Source: an uncultured Solirubrobacterales bacterium
GTDB lineage: Bacteria; Actinomycetota; Thermoleophilia; Solirubrobacterales; Solirubrobacteraceae
DNA length: 64,000 nucleotides
Assembly (NCBI GenBank): GCA_963708315.1
Contig: OY970204.1
Coordinates: forward strand, 954,272 to 1,018,271
Direction: 5' to 3'
The position numbers and the translations under genes were made by a program. The notes beneath the pieces were generated by a model that did no database searches, was not told the origin of the DNA, and saw only the letters and a program-made list of their open reading frames with translations. This document shows, piece by piece, positions 19,653 to 28,481 of this stretch (position 1 is its first letter; every line of letters begins with the position of its first letter).

Positions 19653-21157
19653 TCGCCCCGACGACGCTCGCCACCTCGGTGCTGCAGAGCGAAGACTTCA
19701 TCTACGTCCTGTATATCATCGCCTTCGCCCTGTTCATCCAGGGATTGCGCGGGCTGGCGGGACCGACGACGGCCGTGCGCGGCAACCGCATCGCGGCGGT
19801 CGGCATGGCGATCGCGGTGATCGCGACGCTGCTGAATCCCGGCGAGGGCAACTGGGGGCTGATCGCGCTCGGCATCGCGCTGGGTGTGGCGGTCGGCGTG
19901 CCCGCGGCACGCCAGGTGAAGATGACCGCGATGCCGCAGATGGTCGCGCTGTTCAACGGCGTCGGCGGTGGCGCGGTCGCGCTGATCGCCTGGGTCGAGT
20001 TTCGCCACTCGGGCTCCACCTATGGCTCCCATACGGTCCATCTGGGCGCCGAACTGCCCCATGGTCTGGTGCTGCAGACGGGCGCCTCGATCCAGATCGG
20101 CGGTGTGCCGACGTATGTGGCGATCTTCTCGGTGTTCGCGGCGATCGTCGGTTCGATCTCATTTTGGGGCTCGAACATCGCGTTCGGCAAGCTCCAAGAA
20201 ATCATCCCCGGTCGTCCGATCTCGTTCGGCTCCGCTCAGCAGGCGGTCAACCTGGTGTTGCTCGTACTGGCGCTCGCCGCCGGTGTCGATCTGATCGCCG
20301 GTGCTCACTCCGAACTCTTGTTCATCGGCATGCTGATCGTCGCCGCGCTGCTCGGCAACGCCGTGGTGCTGCCGATCGGCGGCGCGGACATGCCGGTCGT
20401 GATCTCGCTGCTGAACGCCTTCACCGGGCTGTCCGCGGCCGCCACCGGGATGGCGCTGAACAACCCCGCGCTGATCGTCGCGGGCATGATCGTGGGGGCC
20501 TCGGGCACGATCCTGACGAACCTGATGGCCACGGCGATGAACCGCTCGATCCCCGCGATCATCGCGGGCGGATTCGGTGGGGGAGGGGCCGTCGAGGGCG
20601 CGCAGGGTGCCGGCGAGCACGCCGGCACCGTCAAATCGACGAGCGCCGCCGACGCCGCGATTCAGCTGGCCTACGCGAGCCGCGTGGTGGTCGTACCCGG
20701 CTACGGCATGGCGGTCGCCCAAGCCCAGCACGCGGTACGCGAGCTGACCAAGGAGCTCGAGGCGCGCCAGGTCGACGTCAGCTATGCGATCCACCCCGTG
20801 GCGGGTCGCATGCCCGGGCACATGAACGTGCTGCTGGCCGAGGCCGACGTCCCGTATGACCAGCTGAAGGAGATGGACGACGCCAACCCCGAGTTCGCGC
20901 GCACCGATGTCTCACTCGTGATTGGGGCCAACGACGTGACCAACCCGGCCGCCAAGAACACGCCCTCCTCGCCGATCTACGGCATGCCGATCCTTGAGGT
21001 CGCCGACAGCCGTTCGGTGATCGTGATCAAGCGCTCGATGAACCCCGGCTTCGCGGGCATCGAGAACGAGCTCTACTTCGACCCGAAGACGTCGATGCTA
21101 TTCGGCGACGCCAAGTCCGCGGTGAGCGAGATCACCGCGGAGCTCGCCCAGCTCTGA
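19649..21157 (+). CDS. pntB: NAD(P) transhydrogenase subunit beta
   Basis: MTAMPQMVA, GGADMPVVISLLN, PGYGMAVAQAQ, HPVAGRMPGHMNVLLAEA, GANDVTNP. Confidence 0.95.
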   Translation: MIAPTTLATSVLQSEDFIYVLYIIAFALFIQGLRGLAGPTTAVRGNRIAAVGMAIAVIATLLNPGEGNWGLIALGIALGVAVGVPAARQVKMTAMPQMVALFNGVGGGAVALIAWVEFRHSGSTYGSHTVHLGAELPHGLVLQTGASIQIGGVPTYVAIFSVFAAIVGSISFWGSNIAFGKLQEIIPGRPISFGSAQQAVNLVLLVLALAAGVDLIAGAHSELLFIGMLIVAALLGNAVVLPIGGADMPVVISLLNAFTGLSAAATGMALNNPALIVAGMIVGASGTILTNLMATAMNRSIPAIIAGGFGGGGAVEGAQGAGEHAGTVKSTSAADAAIQLAYASRVVVVPGYGMAVAQAQHAVRELTKELEARQVDVSYAIHPVAGRMPGHMNVLLAEADVPYDQLKEMDDANPEFARTDVSLVIGANDVTNPAAKNTPSSPIYGMPILEVADSRSVIVIKRSMNPGFAGIENELYFDPKTSMLFGDAKSAVSEITAELAQL

Positions 21158-21234
21158 CACCGCCTCAGATCTAAGGAGCGGGCGCTTCTCGGAACCTGTC
21201 GGACGCTCAGACTTGCCGGTGGCGCCTGACTGCT

Positions 21235-21262
21235 GGATGCGGCTGTTGCCTCGGCCGCATCC
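21235..21262 (+). terminator. GC-rich hairpin downstream of pntB, possible terminator without U-tract
   Basis: GGATGCGGC-N10-GCCGCATCC 9-bp stem. Confidence 0.35.
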
Positions 21263-21374
21263 TCAAGGGCTCGGTTCCTGTCAATAAATCCTAAATGACC
21301 GTGGTGGGCCCGCATGGCTGACGGTTGTGCGGAAGTTTGTACCCAGCGCACAATGGATTCGGTACACAAAGAGC

Positions 21375-21403
21375 TTGCATAAAAGTCGGCCGTACTCTAC
21401 CGT
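21375..21403 (+). promoter_or_regulatory. Sigma70-type promoter for the protease gene
   Basis: TTGCAT-N17-TACCGT. Confidence 0.5.
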
Positions 21404-21466
21404 CAACTGACAGGAGAGGGACAGCGTCTAGCTCGCGACTCCAGCGTGTGGAGGAGGGGGGTTGCT

Positions 21467-22498
21467 GTGTCAGTGGCCGGCCGCCGAAGTCGGTGCTACT
21501 CCTATGCTTGGCTCGCCCTCTCGATCGGAGCGGCGGCGGCGGGAGTGGCATGGGGGTCGGTCACTGTCACTGCACAGGCGCTCGCCAGGCGCTCGCCGCG
21601 CGCTCACACGAGCGTCATCGGCGGCGCCGGCGTCTCGATCTCGCGCTTCCCGTTTCAGGTCGCCCTGTACAACCCGGCGGCCGGCTCTCCGATGGCGGGG
21701 TTCTTCTGCGGCGGCGTGATCGTCGACGCGACCCACGTGATCACCGCCGCGCACTGCCTCGCGGGTGGTGGCCATGGGCGGGGAAGCGTCTCCCGCGAAG
21801 TCGAGGTGCTCGCCGGTTCCACCCGGCTCGATCGCCCCGACGCCGGCAGCGTCCGTGATCCGGCCGCGAGCGTGTCGGTCGACCCCTACTACAACCCCTA
21901 CACCAACGACTACGACGTCGGCGTGGTCGCGCTCGCACGCCCGCTGTGGCCGGGCACGACCGCCCCGGGCGTCAACGGCACCGGCACGATCGCGCCGCTG
22001 GCGATCAACACGGCGGCGGCCGCGGACTACGGCGAATCGACCTCCACATCCACCACGCTTGCCACCGTTAGCGGCTGGGGGGACACCAGCCCGGCGCCAT
22101 TCGGCGCTCCTCACTATCCGGGCGCGTTGCGCGCGAATACCGTGCCGCTCATCTCCGAATCGCTCTGCCAGGAAGAGTATGCGGCGATCGAACAGACGAT
22201 CACCCCGCGCATGCTCTGCGCCGGCAGCTCCAGACCACGCGCTGACTCCTGTTATGGCGACAGCGGCGGACCGCTCGTCGTCGACCGCGACAGCCCCGCC
22301 CGCCCCCCTGCGGACTACGTGCTCGTGGGGCTCGTCGACTTCGGCAACGGCTGCGCCCAGCCGGGCTTCGCCGGCGTCTACACGCGCATCGCCGACCCCG
22401 CGATCGCACACTTCCTGGCCTCCGATGTCGGTCACCGTGCGAAGGTCGCGATCCGGCGGCCAGGTCACAAGCGCAAGCGCCATCGCGCTCGGCACTGA
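21467..22498 (+). CDS. Secreted trypsin-like serine protease (S1)
   Basis: GGAGGAGG RBS; VIGG mature start, CGG, TAAHC, DYDVGV, DSCYGDSGGP (Asp S1 pocket), GVYTRI; basic C-terminal tail. Confidence 0.9.
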   Translation: MSVAGRRSRCYSYAWLALSIGAAAAGVAWGSVTVTAQALARRSPRAHTSVIGGAGVSISRFPFQVALYNPAAGSPMAGFFCGGVIVDATHVITAAHCLAGGGHGRGSVSREVEVLAGSTRLDRPDAGSVRDPAASVSVDPYYNPYTNDYDVGVVALARPLWPGTTAPGVNGTGTIAPLAINTAAAADYGESTSTSTTLATVSGWGDTSPAPFGAPHYPGALRANTVPLISESLCQEEYAAIEQTITPRMLCAGSSRPRADSCYGDSGGPLVVDRDSPARPPADYVLVGLVDFGNGCAQPGFAGVYTRIADPAIAHFLASDVGHRAKVAIRRPGHKRKRHRARH

Positions 22499-22535
22499 GC
22501 GTCAGTTTGTCCGCACCTCGTCGTACGGTCCCAGC

Positions 22536-22838
22536 GTGTCCGTTGAGCACCCTCAGACAAATGATCCTGACGGGCGGCTTGTGGTCTTCGACGCGGGCTC
22601 TCGTCTGCACTTGGCTCGGCGCCGCCCCTGGCTGCTCGACCATATCGACGTGATCATGGGGGCTGTCGCCCGCCCCGACTTCCGGATGCTGGATCCGACC
22701 GCCGGCCGGGAGCGCTTCTATCGTCAGCACATCGACCCCGGGCGCTGGCTGCGAGTCGTCGTAGACTTCAGCGAAGATCCCGCCTGGGTTGTGACGGCTG
22801 TGGTGCAGGACAACGATCCCCGGGGGAGAGCGCAATGA
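22536..22838 (+). CDS. Putative RelE/BECR-like ribonuclease toxin (DUF4258-like)
   Basis: About 100 aa, H...R-P...PD...LRVVV...VVTA pattern; ATGA-coupled to a DUF2283-like gene; TACGGT 6 nt before GTG. Confidence 0.55.
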   Translation: MSVEHPQTNDPDGRLVVFDAGSRLHLARRRPWLLDHIDVIMGAVARPDFRMLDPTAGRERFYRQHIDPGRWLRVVVDFSEDPAWVVTAVVQDNDPRGRAQ

Positions 22839-23110
22839 TGATCACGATCGCCGGCATCGCCTTCGACTATCACGACTACGACGAGCGTGGGGACGTGCTG
22901 TACCTGCATGTGGGCGAGCCGAAGGAGCCGCCCGCCAGAGCGCTTGAGACGCCGGAGGGGCACACGGTCGAATACGACGCTCACGGCGCGGTCGTAGGGT
23001 TGGAGCTGAGCGGGGTTCGAGGCGCACTCGAGGGCGACGGTGAGGTTCAGCTCACGTGGCCCCCAGCCCAACTGGCTGCCAGCGCTCTGCGCGAAGCGTT
23101 GGCGGCGTAG
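22835..23110 (+). CDS. DUF2283-domain protein, putative antitoxin
   Basis: YDERGDVLYL...YDAHGAVVGLEL. Confidence 0.72.
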   Translation: MMITIAGIAFDYHDYDERGDVLYLHVGEPKEPPARALETPEGHTVEYDAHGAVVGLELSGVRGALEGDGEVQLTWPPAQLAASALREALAA

Positions 23111-23174
23111 TTCACCGACTGCCGGAGTCGCCCCGGTCGCATACCCCCCCGCCCGCCATGCCAGACTGCGATGC

Positions 23175-25010
23175 GTGATCGCACGCGCCCAGGCCCTGAC
23201 GGCCCTCGCCGAGCACGAGTTCGACCTCGTGGTGGTCGGCGGGGGCATCACCGGTGCGGGGGTGGCGCTCGACGCCGCCACGCGCGGCTTCAGCGTGGCA
23301 CTGCTCGAGCGCGCCGACTTCGCCTCCGGGACTTCCAGCCGCTCCAGCAAGCTGGTGCACGGCGGGCTGCGCTACCTGCAGAACTTCGATCTGGCGCTCG
23401 TGCGCGAGGCGCTGCTCGAGCGCCAGCTGATGGTCGCGCTCGCGCCGCACCTCGTGCATCCGCTGCCGCTGGTCGTGCCGGCCTTCGACGGCGCTCGTCC
23501 GGACCGGCTGATGGGGGTGGGGTTGAACCTGTATGACGCGATGTCCCTCGACCGCGATCGCCTGCGCTCGCGCCGTTCCAGGCGAGGTCGCGCAGAGCGC
23601 GCTCAGAGCGCGTCCACGGCGGAGGCCGAGTCCCAATCGCCGGCTTCGCCGGCACAGTCCGAGACAGGCGAGTCGTGGAGCCCCGAGCGTCACCGCACGA
23701 TCTCCGGCGAGGAAGTGCTCGAGTTGCTGCCGGCGCTGGCCGCGCGCGCACCGACGAGCGGGTACCTGTTCTACGACTGTCAGACCGACGACGTGCGTCT
23801 CGTTCTGACCGTCCTCGGCGAGGCCGAGCGCTTCGGCGCCGTCTGCGCCAATCGCGTGGATGCGCTCAGCCTGCTGGAGCGCGATAATGGACGCGCGTAC
23901 GGCGTGCGCGCGCTGGATCGTGAGAGTGGCGAGGAGTTCGAGATCCGCGCCGCGAACGTCGTCAACGCGACGGGCGTATGGGCCGATCGGCTGATCGAGG
24001 AGTCCGAGCTGCCGCGCATCCGCCCGAGCCGCGGTACCCACATCCTGCTGCGCGACGAGGACCTGCCGCTCGTCGGCGGGGCGATCGTCCCGGCGGACGG
24101 GGGGCGCACGATCTTTGCGCTGCCCTGGCTGGGGCGCACGCTCGTGGGCACGACCGACCTCGACTACGAGGGCGAACTCGACCACGTGCGCCCGTCCGGC
24201 GAGGACGTCGACTACCTGCTGAGCGCGATCAACGCATTCTTCGAGACAGCGTTCGGCGCGGAGGATCTCGCGGGTGCATACGCGGGTGTGCGCCCGTTGA
24301 TCTCCAGCGGCGACCCGAAGAAGTCGGTGGATATCTCGCGCAAGGCCGAGCTGTATGAGGCGTCCTCGGGGATGCTCACGATCACCGGAGGCAAGCTCAC
24401 GACGTGGCGGCGAATGGCCAAGCTGACGGTCGATCGCCTGGTCGAGCGTGACGCTCGCGAGGCGCCCTGTCGCACGCACGAGATCCCGCTCGGACAGGGG
24501 ATCGCCGTAGAGGATCTCCCGCGCGTGGAGGGTGTCCCTGAGGAGTCCTATGCGGCGCTTGCCGGCCGCTACGGTTACGCCGCGCGCGAGGTGCTGGCGC
24601 TCGCGGCGCAGCGCGGCGAGCTGGCGCAACCGATCATCCCCGGCCTGCCCGATCTGCTGGCCGAGGTCGCGCTCGCCGCCCGCCGCGAGCAGGCGCGCTC
24701 GATCGGCGACGTGCTCCTGCGCCGCACCCGTCTCGGACTGTTGGCCGCGCACGAACTGCCCGTGGAGCGCGTAGCCGACGTGCTCGCGCGGGAGCTCGGC
24801 TGGAGCCCCGAGCAAACCGCCCGCGAGGTCGAGCGTTTCGCCCAAGAGGCTGCCGCCGAGGGAATTCGTGCCGAGGGAATGCGCGGCGAGGGGATTCGCG
24901 CCGACGTCGAGGCCATCCCCGCCGAGGCCGGGTCGATCTCCCCGGACGGCGAGCGCGCCGACGCGGACAGCGCCGCCGGCGCACGCTCACGGCAGGCGCG
25001 GTCGTCGTGA
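23175..25010 (+). CDS. glpD: FAD-dependent glycerol-3-phosphate dehydrogenase/oxidase
   Basis: VGGGITG, GTSSRSSKLVHGGLRYL, NATGVWAD, GVRPL, GGKLTTWRRMA, RRTRLG. Confidence 0.9.
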   Translation: MIARAQALTALAEHEFDLVVVGGGITGAGVALDAATRGFSVALLERADFASGTSSRSSKLVHGGLRYLQNFDLALVREALLERQLMVALAPHLVHPLPLVVPAFDGARPDRLMGVGLNLYDAMSLDRDRLRSRRSRRGRAERAQSASTAEAESQSPASPAQSETGESWSPERHRTISGEEVLELLPALAARAPTSGYLFYDCQTDDVRLVLTVLGEAERFGAVCANRVDALSLLERDNGRAYGVRALDRESGEEFEIRAANVVNATGVWADRLIEESELPRIRPSRGTHILLRDEDLPLVGGAIVPADGGRTIFALPWLGRTLVGTTDLDYEGELDHVRPSGEDVDYLLSAINAFFETAFGAEDLAGAYAGVRPLISSGDPKKSVDISRKAELYEASSGMLTITGGKLTTWRRMAKLTVDRLVERDAREAPCRTHEIPLGQGIAVEDLPRVEGVPEESYAALAGRYGYAAREVLALAAQRGELAQPIIPGLPDLLAEVALAARREQARSIGDVLLRRTRLGLLAAHELPVERVADVLARELGWSPEQTAREVERFAQEAAAEGIRAEGMRGEGIRADVEAIPAEAGSISPDGERADADSAAGARSRQARSS

Positions 25011-25020
25011 GGCGCGCGGC

Positions 25021-25962
25021 GTGAGCGATACCGCCGCCCCGCACGAAGGCGCCCCGCATGGCGAAGCTTCCGCATGCGTGCTGCGCGCGGGAGACCGCAC
25101 GCTCGAGCTGGGCGGTCGGCCGTGGCTGATGGGTATCGTCAACGCCTCGCCCGATTCGTTCAGCGACGACGGCTCGGCGCGCACGCTCGATCGGCAGCTA
25201 CGGCTCGCCGGTGAGCTGGTGGCGGCGGGCGCGGACATGCTCGACGTCGGTGGCGAGTCCGCGCGCACGGGAGTTCCGCCCGTGTCCGTCGAGGAGGAGA
25301 TCGAGCGGGTCGTCCCGCTGGTGGAACGAATCGCGACCACTATGCAGACGATCGTCTCCGTGGATACATATAAGCCGCCGGTCGCCGCCGCCGCGATCGC
25401 CGCGGGCGCGAGGATCGTCAACGACGTCTCGGGTCTGCGCGACCCCGATCTCGCCCGCGTGTGCGCTGAGACCGGCGCGGCGTTCGTGCTGATGCACACC
25501 CGCGCGGCGCCCAAGCAGCGCATGCAAGATCCGGAGCTCTACGGCGAGGACGTGACGGGCGAGGTGCTCGCGTTCCTGCGCGAGCGCATCGAGCTGGCCA
25601 CCGCCGCCGGGGTCTCCTACGAGCAGCTGATCGTCGATCCCGGCCCGGACTTCGCGAAGACCCCCGCGCAGACGATCGCGCTGCTCGCCGAGGTGCGGCG
25701 CCTGCACGAGCTGCAGCGGCCGCTGCTGATGGCGATCTCGCGCAAGGACTTCATCGGGGCGCTCACCTCGCGCGCCCCGCGCGAGCGATCGGCGGGCACG
25801 CTCGCCGCGCTCGCCCACGGCGTCGACGCCGGCGCGCACATATTTCGCCTGCACGACATCGCCGCGGCCAGCGACTACCTCACGGTGCGGGCGGCGCTCG
25901 CCGGAACGTCTGAGCCGCGCAGGGATCTCGTGCTCGCCGAGGAACTCCGACACGAGCCTTAG
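25021..25962 (+). CDS. folP: Dihydropteroate synthase
   Basis: MGIVNASPDSFSD, DVGGES, SVDTYK, NDVSG, LMH, DPG, SRK, RLHD. Confidence 0.92.
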   Translation: MSDTAAPHEGAPHGEASACVLRAGDRTLELGGRPWLMGIVNASPDSFSDDGSARTLDRQLRLAGELVAAGADMLDVGGESARTGVPPVSVEEEIERVVPLVERIATTMQTIVSVDTYKPPVAAAAIAAGARIVNDVSGLRDPDLARVCAETGAAFVLMHTRAAPKQRMQDPELYGEDVTGEVLAFLRERIELATAAGVSYEQLIVDPGPDFAKTPAQTIALLAEVRRLHELQRPLLMAISRKDFIGALTSRAPRERSAGTLAALAHGVDAGAHIFRLHDIAAASDYLTVRAALAGTSEPRRDLVLAEELRHEP

Positions 25963-26125
25963 AACCTGTTTCAAAATAGGCGGTGCGGTCGGGGCGTTCA
26001 TGGATCAAGCTGGGCGACGCGGGACGGCGCAGCGCATGCTGGTTGCACGTGCAAGCCGTCACGTGGCGATCCAGCGCAGTGTCCAGGGATGCATCCGGAC
26101 GTGCCGATCTTTTTGAAACAGGTTC
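25962..26125. mobile_element. MITE-like non-autonomous element, 164 bp
   Basis: Perfect 15-bp terminal inverted repeats GAACCTGTTTCAAAA (25962-25976) / TTTTGAAACAGGTTC (26111-26125); flanks TTA and CTA; self-complementary interior; no transposase. Confidence 0.75.
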
Positions 26126-26236
26126 CTAGTACGGCCGCTCTGGGCGCTAGGGTTCAAGCTCATAGCGGGTGCCGGTCGCTGCGCAACGCGACCGGGCGCC
26201 AACCGCCCATTCACCGACGCGAAGGAGAACAATCAC

Positions 26237-27718
26237 ATGTCAGTACTCGACCGCTCCGAGCTGGAGGCCAGTCCGCTGGCCGACCTGCACGCGATCGCCG
26301 ATCAGCTCGGACTCGAAGGGTTTCGTCGGCTGCGCAAGGCCGATCTGATCGACGCGATTCTCGGCGGATCCACCACCGGGGATTCCTCGGCGGGATCGAC
26401 CGACGGGGGAGCCGCCGCGGATGCCGAGGAGCAGGACTCCGACGATGCCTCGGCTGCCGAGAAACGGCGCCGGCGTCCGAGCGTTCGCGGACGTCGCTCC
26501 CGGCGCGCGGCGGCCAAAGACACCGACGCGCAGGATGCGCAGGAGAAGCCGGCCGCGGAGGCGAAGCCGGCCGCGGAGGACCGCCCGGCCGAGGGCGAGG
26601 AGACGGACGGGGGAGACCTCAGCGCCAGCAGCAGCAGCAGTGGCAGTGGCGGCGGCAGGAGCCGTCGTGGCGGGGCGGGAGAGAACCGTCCGCCCAGAGA
26701 GGAGCGCCCGCCCAAAGGGGATCGCGCTCCCAGGGGCGAGCGCCCGGCCAGAGGGGCAGGTCGGGGGGGCCGGGGTGAGCGCTCAGCCAGTGAGGAGGAG
26801 CCCGCGGGCGAGGAGCGCGTGGCGGAGGGCGTGGTGGAGTTGCTCGGCAACGGTTCGGCGTTCATGCGCGTGCACCCACCGGAGGCCTCGGACGAGGATG
26901 TCTACATCTCCGCCGCGCAGGTACGTCGCTGTGAGCTCGTCTCCGGCGATCGCGTCAGCGGTCCGCTGCGCACGCCCAGGCGCTCGGAGCGTTACTCCTC
27001 GCTGATCCGCGTGGAGACGATCAACGGCGCCCCCGCGGGCGAGGTCTCCGAGGGCGCTCGCTACGACGAGCGTCCGGTCGCCTACCCCACCGAGCGCCTC
27101 GCCCTCGACGGGGGCGACGCGACGCTCGAGGCGATCCAGTGGTTGACGCCGTTCGGCCGCGGCTCGCGCGTGCTCATCACGGGCCCCGCCCGCGCCGGCA
27201 AGACCGAGATCCTCGGGCGCCTGCTCGGCGCGCTCTCAGGCCGCGAGAACCTGGAGGTCACGCTGCTGCTCGCGGGCGTGCGCCCGGAGGAGGTCGCCGA
27301 GTGGGGTGAGGGTCCGGTCGCGCCCGCGACCACGCTCAGCTTCGCCGCCTCCGCCGACGCCCAGGGTCAGGCGGTCGAACGGGCGATCGAGACCGCCAAG
27401 CGTACGGCCGCGCGCGGTGGGGACGCGCTCGTGCTGATCGACACGCTCGACGGGCTGCACCCGCATGCGGCGCGGAAGGTGCTCGCCGCCGCGCGCAACC
27501 TCACTGACGGCGGCTCGCTGACGATCGTCGCGACCGCCACGCGCCCGTATGGCGGGGAGACGACCGTGATCGCACTCGACCCGTCACTGGCCGATGCCGG
27601 CGGGCCACCGCTGGATCTCACCGCGAGCGGGACGGTGCGCGCGGAGCGACTCGTGGGCGATGAGGGCGCGGCGGCGATCGCCAAGGCCCGCGCGAGCGCG
27701 CTGGAGTCCTCGGGCTAG
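26237..27718 (+). CDS. rho: Rho-family protein with degenerate, shortened ATPase domain
   Basis: GAAGGAG RBS; Rho_N helix motif (LRKADLIDAI), low-complexity insertion, OB fold (DVYIS..QVRR..L..GD), Walker A GPARAGKT, RPEEV, AARN...GGSLTIVATA, SGT. Confidence 0.8.
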   Translation: MSVLDRSELEASPLADLHAIADQLGLEGFRRLRKADLIDAILGGSTTGDSSAGSTDGGAAADAEEQDSDDASAAEKRRRRPSVRGRRSRRAAAKDTDAQDAQEKPAAEAKPAAEDRPAEGEETDGGDLSASSSSSGSGGGRSRRGGAGENRPPREERPPKGDRAPRGERPARGAGRGGRGERSASEEEPAGEERVAEGVVELLGNGSAFMRVHPPEASDEDVYISAAQVRRCELVSGDRVSGPLRTPRRSERYSSLIRVETINGAPAGEVSEGARYDERPVAYPTERLALDGGDATLEAIQWLTPFGRGSRVLITGPARAGKTEILGRLLGALSGRENLEVTLLLAGVRPEEVAEWGEGPVAPATTLSFAASADAQGQAVERAIETAKRTAARGGDALVLIDTLDGLHPHAARKVLAAARNLTDGGSLTIVATATRPYGGETTVIALDPSLADAGGPPLDLTASGTVRAERLVGDEGAAAIAKARASALESSG

Positions 27719-28188
27719 CTAGCGCGGTTGTAAGCGACGCGGTCCCAGGAGGGCTCGCGCGCGAGCTCGATCGGCTCGTGGTCGCGCGCGGGCTGCACGT
27801 ACGTGAACCCGCCCGTGGCTTCGTCGAAGGCGATGCCCAGCTCGCCCTCGTTCACGCGCTGATCGAGCCATGCGCCCCTGAAGACGAGCCGGCGCAGCCA
27901 GTGCACGAGCGAGCGCTCGGCCGGTCCGACGAGTTCGGGCCAGCAGTCGTTGACGTGCTCGCCGAGCGCCGAGGCGGGGTCGTAGACCTCGCCGTTGACC
28001 GCCAGATTGACGAGGTCTTCGAGCTCGTCCTCGCCGAGGCGTCCGCCGACGAACCCGAGCTTCAGCGCCGCCTGCTCGCAGCGCTCGGAGAAGTCCTCTT
28101 CGTTGAATGTGAAGCGCAACTCCCCGTATTCGAGGACGAAGTCCTCACCCGAGTCGTAGTTGCCGCGGCGCGATGATGTCTGTTCCAT
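27715..28188 (-). CDS. Acidic hypothetical protein, 157 aa
   Basis: ATG at 28188, host-like codon usage, globular composition; TATGAT -10-like element upstream (28231-28236, minus). Confidence 0.7.
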   Translation of the reverse strand: MEQTSSRRGNYDSGEDFVLEYGELRFTFNEEDFSERCEQAALKLGFVGGRLGEDELEDLVNLAVNGEVYDPASALGEHVNDCWPELVGPAERSLVHWLRRLVFRGAWLDQRVNEGELGIAFDEATGGFTYVQPARDHEPIELAREPSWDRVAYNRAS

Positions 28189-28282
28189 GAGAGATCGGCC
28201 GGGAGGTCGTTGGGGCCCCGGGTCGTCGGGATCATATGCTGCGTTCCTGCTCGGGCCGAGGCGATGAATGGGATTTTGCAGT

Positions 28283-28425
28283 TCGGACGGCGCATGCGCC
28301 GACGGCGGGGCCGCACATGTGCGGCCCCGAACCATGCCGCATGCGGCATGGTTACGGATGGCGCATGCGCCATCCGACGAGGCAGTGCATGCACTGCCTC
28401 GGACCTGGCCGCTTGCGGCCAGGTC
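28283..28425. repeat. Tandem array of six sequence-distinct palindromes with 24-bp period, centred on CATG
   Basis: 28288-28301 CGGCGCATGCGCCG; 28306-28329 CGGGGCCGCACATGTGCGGCCCCG; 28330-28353 AACCATGCCGCATGCGGCATGGTT; 28355-28376 CGGATGGCGCATGCGCCATCCG; 28378-28401 CGAGGCAGTGCATGCACTGCCTCG; 28402-28425 GACCTGGCCGC-TT-GCGGCCAGGTC. Confidence 0.93.
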
Positions 28426-28481
28426 GACCCCATCAGCTTTCAAAAGCATGTGGCGTGGCCCTCCCGGATACGCTGCGCTGA

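Noticed and set aside
21191-21415. Possible IS/MITE remnant (TCCTGTCA / TGACAGGA inverted repeat; GGAACCTG resembling the MITE end)
   Set aside because: Only 8 bp, no target duplication, and the region is adequately explained by a hairpin and a promoter
24858-24905. 15-bp tandem repeats at the glpD 3' end (EGIRA-EGMRG-EGIRA) and the 18-bp duplication in rho (26545-26578)
   Set aside because: Ordinary in-frame slippage in low-complexity tails
28283-28425. Palindrome array as a CRISPR array or REP/BIME cluster
   Set aside because: No constant direct repeat alternating with spacers, no cas genes, no loop-containing REP consensus and no RAYT transposase in the window
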